From: Vulcanimicrobiota bacterium
GTDB taxonomy: Bacteria > Vulcanimicrobiota > Vulcanimicrobiia > Eremiobacterales > Eremiobacteraceae
NCBI GenBank assembly: GCA_963812135.1
Contig: CAWETU010000001.1
Span: 832,001-896,000 of the forward strand
DNA: 64,000 nt
Reading direction: 5' to 3'
A program made the position numbers and the translations under genes. The notes under the pieces are model-generated. The model was given only the letters and a program-made list of their open reading frames with translations. It ran no database searches and was not told the DNA's origin. Shown one piece after another: positions 59,139-64,000 of the stretch (within the stretch, counting starts at the first letter, position 1; every line of letters starts with the position of its first letter).

Positions 59139-59156
59139 CCGACCCACGAATCGGCC

Positions 59157-59933
59157 TTACTCGCCCTTTCGAAGATCTCGTTCGATATCGTCGACCCGCG
59201 CGTCTAGCTGCCGTTTTCGTCTTGCCTTGATGATGTCGGCGAGGCTCGGATCGAAGTCTTCGATCGGACCTGTGTGGGTGTACGTTTCGAGCTCCAGCCC
59301 CATTCGATTGCATATTGACTGCACAATGGTGGCCATATCCGGAGGATCGGTGTCAATAAACCATCGTTCCTCTTCATTAGGGAAGCCAATTTGCGGCGAA
59401 GCAAAAGGCTTGCCCAAGTATAGTTCAAGCTCGTGAAAATCGAACTCCGGACAAACGAATCGTCGCAGTTGCGGCAAGGTTTCTGGATGGCATATAAATG
59501 AGCTGCCCCTTTGTCGCGTCCTCGCTCCTAACCGTGAATTTAGGTTATGAAAACCGAACGGCAGTTGAAAGGGGAACCAAGAATCCGGATTCACGACCGC
59601 TTCGCCGCGCTCACCGGCGATATGCTGAGGTGATATGACCACTGACCCCGCGAAATGGCCATTAGCGCTAGCGAGCGCGTACGCGAGCTGTGCGGCGAAC
59701 TCGTAGCGGATTTCCTCAAAAGCATAGCCGCCCGGGAGTGGCTCGCTCGCGCCGGTCATTCCTTGCATCACCCAATTCGAGTCTCTAGTCTTAGTCGCGT
59801 TGCCCCAGTGACTGCCGCGCGACGGGTGTGGTAAGCATAAGTCGAAATACCAGAGCAGGCCTGGGGCCCGCAGCGCGAATATTTTCGCCCGTGCGTGGGG
59901 TGCGTGGTCCTCTAGATTGACATCTGAACCCAT
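59157..59933 (-). CDS. Hypothetical protein
   Basis: 258-aa ORF filling the space between two repeat sites; start uncertain. Confidence 0.55.
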   Translation of the reverse strand: MGSDVNLEDHAPHARAKIFALRAPGLLWYFDLCLPHPSRGSHWGNATKTRDSNWVMQGMTGASEPLPGGYAFEEIRYEFAAQLAYALASANGHFAGSVVISPQHIAGERGEAVVNPDSWFPFQLPFGFHNLNSRLGARTRQRGSSFICHPETLPQLRRFVCPEFDFHELELYLGKPFASPQIGFPNEEERWFIDTDPPDMATIVQSICNRMGLELETYTHTGPIEDFDPSLADIIKARRKRQLDARVDDIERDLRKGE

Positions 59934-59941
59934 CGCTTATC

Positions 59942-59970
59942 CTAGATCCGGCATTCTTGGGAACACCTTA
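59942..59970. repeat. Inter-gene site copy 3
   Basis: CTAGATCCGGCATTCTTGGGAACACCTTA. Confidence 0.8.
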
Positions 59971-59976
59971 CGCCGA

Positions 59977-60591
59977 CTAATGGTATCGTGCGGCGAGTTT
60001 CTTAGCAAGCTCGATCGCGCCTTGCTTTGGGCTGCCACCTTTCCAGTATTCTGCGTCGACTAGAATCTCGTACGGTCCTGAGATCGCTCGGACCATTTCA
60101 CTTGATATCTCGACGAAGCGCTGCCCACGATACACGTAGGCCTTCGGGAAACCCAAGGTCTTGGTGTAGAAGGCGTAATCCCCGATGGCTCTCTCGGGGA
60201 CGCATTCTCCAATATGTGCGTAGCCAGGGTGAGTGCACTGGTCAACTGGTAGATGGATTCTTCTTGGGAAATCAGCGCTGCGTAGCACTGAGACTATAAG
60301 GAGCTCGAATGGCTTCGGCGCTTCTTTGCCTGAAATCACAATCGCGCCTAGGTCGATCCCAAAAGAAATGGCGCAATAGATTGAGCCATTGCGCTCCTTC
60401 CAATCATCCCCGGCGCGTTTGAGTACTGGATTCAGTCGTGAGAGATCGGCGTCCGTCACCAGCGGGCAGTGTGTCGGCGACTCGAACGCGGTCGCTGTCA
60501 GAGATGGTGACGGCGTAGGTCTGGATCCTGCGCTGCAGCCGCTTACGAGAACGGCCAGGCAGGCGCAAGCTACGACGGCCATGAGCCTCAT
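59977..60591 (-). CDS. Hypothetical lipoprotein
   Basis: Lipobox VSGC, PTPSPS linker, several Cys. Confidence 0.7.
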   Translation of the reverse strand: MRLMAVVACACLAVLVSGCSAGSRPTPSPSLTATAFESPTHCPLVTDADLSRLNPVLKRAGDDWKERNGSIYCAISFGIDLGAIVISGKEAPKPFELLIVSVLRSADFPRRIHLPVDQCTHPGYAHIGECVPERAIGDYAFYTKTLGFPKAYVYRGQRFVEISSEMVRAISGPYEILVDAEYWKGGSPKQGAIELAKKLAARYH

Positions 60592-60716
60592 GAGTATTGG
60601 TGCATCGTTATTAGATCGGAGTGCACAGCTCGGGAGTTCCTTTCAACGATTGCGCTACCTCTTCGACGCGTTTCGTGGCGAGAAAAGGCCGGCGACCGGA
60701 GGCACCGATCGCCGGC

Positions 60717-61060
60717 GAATCATCGCGGTCAGCGCCGTTGTGGCGCTCGGCACGGCGTTGCTCGGAATCGCTGCTCAATTGTGGTCGCTGAGCGCAGTGC
60801 TGTTCGCGATGGGCGTCGCTGCCGGGCTTCTCAACGTGCACATCGTGGCATGGTTCCAGCAGCGCGTCGAGCGCGACATGCTCGGTCGCGCGATGAGCGT
60901 GATCATGTTCGCGGCGGTGGGTTTGCAGCCCATCTCACTGGCGATCGCCGGCTTCGCCGTGACCTGGAGCGTCACTGGCATGTTCGCCGGCGCTGCCGCA
61001 CTGATGCTGCTGTTCACCACACTCGCTGCGTTTCAGGAACCGGTCCGGGAGATCCAATGA
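60717..61060 (+). pseudogene. C-terminal fragment of an MFS transporter
   Basis: QQRVERDMLGRAMS plus the last four TMs only; no N-terminal part. Confidence 0.7.
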
Positions 61061-61079
61061 ACATCCCCGGGCCCTGGCC

Positions 61080-61625
61080 TCATTCGGTTTCGGGCTGTCG
61101 ACGTACGCCTGTCTCCGGCGCGACGATCTCGCTTAGCCTATAGGTTGAGAACGCTTTGGGCTTAATGCCCCTAGCGATAAGCGCGTCGATGAGGCGGCCA
61201 AGTTCCACCGTGTGCCAATGTCTCCGCTCCTCCCACCATTGTTGCGCGCCGGGATAGGCTATGAGGTCGCTCATCGTCCGCTCGACCCTGCCCCACGATG
61301 AGTGCCCGAGTACGCCGTCGCAATGGGAGAAATACATTCCTTCGAAATAGTTTACAAGACGGTTGAAGAACGCGCTGAACCTTAGTTTCGAGACCGGATC
61401 AAGATCAGCGAAAGATTGTAGGCCGCGAAGAAAAATTGAGCTGAGCTCTGCGCTATCGTGCAGACCTCTTGTCAGATCGCCCCATTGGACATTGAGAGCG
61501 TGAACCGCCGACTGGCGCCGTTCTGTGGTTTGCGCTCGAATCTGGATGGCTAGATATATGAGGGAAGGGATTCCGACAAACACCGCCGCCAATTGCCCGA
61601 GCGCTGCGAGCATTTCCCAGCTCAT
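61080..61625 (-). CDS. N-terminally anchored hypothetical protein
   Basis: SLIYLAIQIR TM motif, PGAQQWW. Confidence 0.65.
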   Translation of the reverse strand: MSWEMLAALGQLAAVFVGIPSLIYLAIQIRAQTTERRQSAVHALNVQWGDLTRGLHDSAELSSIFLRGLQSFADLDPVSKLRFSAFFNRLVNYFEGMYFSHCDGVLGHSSWGRVERTMSDLIAYPGAQQWWEERRHWHTVELGRLIDALIARGIKPKAFSTYRLSEIVAPETGVRRQPETE

Positions 61626-61628
61626 AAG

Positions 61629-62222
61629 CTACTTTGTCGATCTCGGCGACGAACGATCTTTTGAGTTTGGCAACGGAAGCCATCCCTCTGCTGTTGGGTG
61701 ATCTTTCATTAACCACTTTAGACCGCCAAAACAACACACCCGTCGCTTTCCAGATCTAAGCATGTCGCAGGCTTTTTCGATCCGACCCATACGCGTTTCC
61801 GTTTGCTTAGCTGAGCTTATCCAGAGTATCCACTCCCGGCGCGCGGTTGGAGTGATATCCGCCCACGATGCACGCGCCAGGGGGGCGGCTGCAAGGGCTT
61901 TGCGCAGATCCATCGGCACCCTGATCTCCGGTTCTTCCCCGGTCCGCGTAATCTCCACCGGAACTGTGTCTACTGCATCCGCGCCCGCGCCGTCGCGCAC
62001 GGCTTTGCTAACCCGGAGGCAGTGAGATCCTTGGCCGTTTCGTTCGAGCGCGGCTCGAAAAGGGAAGCCATTGATAGTTCCCTCTACCATCGTCAAACCT
62101 CGAGATGGAAGCTTCGCACTCGCGTTCTTGGGCAGCGGCAGTGGCGTCCACCGACTTTTTTCGGTTGCCTTAGGCCGAGACAGCTTGGCACTGAAGCGAA
62201 TCGTTGCCTTGGTTTCTTGCAC
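61629..62222 (-). CDS. DUF1905 + YdeI/OmpD-associated protein
   Basis: VEGTING..VPMDLRKAL..WISSAKQTETR..RI. Confidence 0.8.
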   Translation of the reverse strand: MQETKATIRFSAKLSRPKATEKSRWTPLPLPKNASAKLPSRGLTMVEGTINGFPFRAALERNGQGSHCLRVSKAVRDGAGADAVDTVPVEITRTGEEPEIRVPMDLRKALAAAPLARASWADITPTARREWILWISSAKQTETRMGRIEKACDMLRSGKRRVCCFGGLKWLMKDHPTAEGWLPLPNSKDRSSPRSTK

Positions 62223-62268
62223 CCTAGCCAGTTTCGTATATTGGTGATACTACCCTATGAAATGCATC

Positions 62269-63048
62269 TTACTCGCCGAGGAGGTCGGCGAGAATCCACG
62301 CGATTCCGGCGATCGCAAAGGTCTCGATAGTTTCGCTCCAATTCGCCTGACTGTGGGGGTCCGAAAAAAGAATCGGCACCCACACGAGTAGCCCAAAGAT
62401 CACGAGCATCGCAGTCAGGAGGCGACTTGCAAGAAGTGCCATACGATTCGTAAGTAACGCCACGGCCGCGAGCCCGAATGCGATCGTCGTCGCGACCGCC
62501 CAAAACATCTGACTTGGCGGAAGCCACTTCGGAACAAGACTCGCGGTAGGGTCAAGATGAATCGCCTGTTCGACGGTAAAGGAAGCGACGCAGACGCCAA
62601 AAACAATGCGGGCGATCCGACCAAGTGTTTTCGGTGACCATCCCGGAGACAAACGCCCATAAACGATCGCCGGTCCGATCACGAGCGAGAACCACTCGAA
62701 GAAGTTGCCCCAGCGATCGTAGATCTGTGGTCTGGCGACGATTCTCGGCACGTACAGCAACGCGAGGACGAGATACACCGCGCCGAGGACGGCTGCGCCT
62801 ATTTTCTCAGTCCGAGGGAACTGAATCGCAACGCCGCCGAGGATCTGGGCCGCAGCTGCGATGTAGAGGAAGATAGGGCCATCGGTCGCGTTCAAAATGT
62901 GACTCAGTTGGTCCCAATCCTTGTAGTTCGGCCAGACTAGCGTCATCACGCCAAAGGCCAGGGCCGCCACTCCGAATAGGTGACGGCCGAGACTCGAACT
63001 CGTGAATGGGTTTAGTCGATGAGGAGCTGCAACCGCGAGCGCGATCAT
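62269..63048 (-). CDS. DoxX-like multi-pass membrane protein
   Basis: About 8 TMs, LVPKWLP..FW. Confidence 0.7.
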   Translation of the reverse strand: MIALAVAAPHRLNPFTSSSLGRHLFGVAALAFGVMTLVWPNYKDWDQLSHILNATDGPIFLYIAAAAQILGGVAIQFPRTEKIGAAVLGAVYLVLALLYVPRIVARPQIYDRWGNFFEWFSLVIGPAIVYGRLSPGWSPKTLGRIARIVFGVCVASFTVEQAIHLDPTASLVPKWLPPSQMFWAVATTIAFGLAAVALLTNRMALLASRLLTAMLVIFGLLVWVPILFSDPHSQANWSETIETFAIAGIAWILADLLGE

Positions 63049-63060
63049 CGTGGCGCGCCG

Positions 63061-63849
63061 CTAGCCGGGTCGGTACCCGCCGCAATGCATCGGGACTTCC
63101 CAAGGCGGGGATTCGCGGATGATATTGTAGTCGAAACAATCTGAATTGGTCGGATCTTGATACGGAGCGATCGGCATTACACCGCTTACTGGATGTGGCG
63201 GCGGCGCAGTGTACGGCGCAAGCATTCTCTTGAACATTGCGGGAGTTACTCGGTAACTTTGCGCGATCTGCTCGACGATCGGGCGGTCCTGCGCCGCGAG
63301 GTTGGAGGGAACTTGCGCGAGGAAAACCAGGTTCTTATACAATCCGAGGTAATCGGGCTGAAGCGAACACATAATGCTCTCAAATTTCCAGGACTTGCCG
63401 CCAGCCGTCCAGCCTCCGAGGAGTTGAGAACACATCGGAAGCTTCATTTGCGTCACGCTCGCGATCGTCACTTGGGGTGCGGGTTGCCCTTGCTTCGCGG
63501 CCCCTTTCTGCAGGATCGTCGTGAATTTGTCGCTCAAACTCGCACTGAACGGAAGCGCGAAGGCGACTTCCCCACTGACGTTGCTTCCAGCGCTGGCATT
63601 CTTCGCAACCACGAGAACTCCAAGGTTAACCCCTTCGCCGTTTGGGCCCATCACCCAGACAAAACCGTTCGCTCCTTTTTTCAACGTCCAGCCGCTGGGA
63701 ATCCCCACCGACGCCGTCTTGTCGTCTGTCGTCACGGTTCGTAGTGTACTACTTGCAGCGATGGCCACAGACGACTGCAAAATCGCAATACTGCAGAGCG
63801 CCAACGCAGTGGCAAATACGCGCACAATGGGGCGGCTATGAGACTTCAC
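63061..63849 (-). CDS. Secreted hypothetical protein
   Basis: Signal peptide, IPSGW, C-terminal Cys pair. Confidence 0.65.
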   Translation of the reverse strand: MKSHSRPIVRVFATALALCSIAILQSSVAIAASSTLRTVTTDDKTASVGIPSGWTLKKGANGFVWVMGPNGEGVNLGVLVVAKNASAGSNVSGEVAFALPFSASLSDKFTTILQKGAAKQGQPAPQVTIASVTQMKLPMCSQLLGGWTAGGKSWKFESIMCSLQPDYLGLYKNLVFLAQVPSNLAAQDRPIVEQIAQSYRVTPAMFKRMLAPYTAPPPHPVSGVMPIAPYQDPTNSDCFDYNIIRESPPWEVPMHCGGYRPG

Positions 63850-64000
63850 AATAGAATTCCCTTTCGACTTACTCGCAGGAGGACAATATCTTGTTATTCA
63901 GGCCCTAGGGGATTGTAGCCTTTAGATAATCCTGCTTGCTGTTAATCGTGGCGGAGCCTTCCAACATGAACGTATCGCCCGCGTCGTGTGGCGTCTTTCC

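Noticed and set aside
58330..59970. CRISPR or classical integron interpretation of the repeats
   Set aside because: Spacers are whole genes of about 0.8 kb, no cas or intI genes, and no attC core boxes

Overview
High-GC bacterial chromosomal window. The gene set (TonB-receptor-like proteins with an N-terminal carboxypeptidase-regulatory-like domain, many lipoproteins, BTAD-STAND regulator, 'MSLELL..AALVQLRH' family) suggests Candidatus Eremiobacterota/Vulcanimicrobiota; this is an inference. Housekeeping content: the 3' end of a malic enzyme, a 2-oxoacid dehydrogenase E1a/E1b/E2 operon, a full SUF Fe-S locus with divergent sufR and a U-type scaffold, typA, meaB, hflX, a cpdA-like phosphoesterase, ETF-QO and a MarR-EmrAB efflux operon. 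Two stretches look accessory (about 36.7-45.6 kb and 58.3-64 kb). Most notable: (1) three accessory genes at 58.3-60.6 kb, each followed by the same ~26-bp imperfect-dyad site, resembling a gene-cassette array without attC sites; (2) an unrecognised ~250-nt structured RNA with its own sigma70 promoter and terminator, directly below a DnaA-box cluster; (3) a translationally coupled luxE-luxC-aminotransferase operon with no luciferase (possible acid-to-aldehyde-to-amine pathway); (4) two GTAG-type REP families, each with a copy read in frame inside a protein gene. Frameshifts at 25.6-31.9 kb and 39.66 kb are probably assembly indels. All product calls come from motif recognition only; no searches were run.
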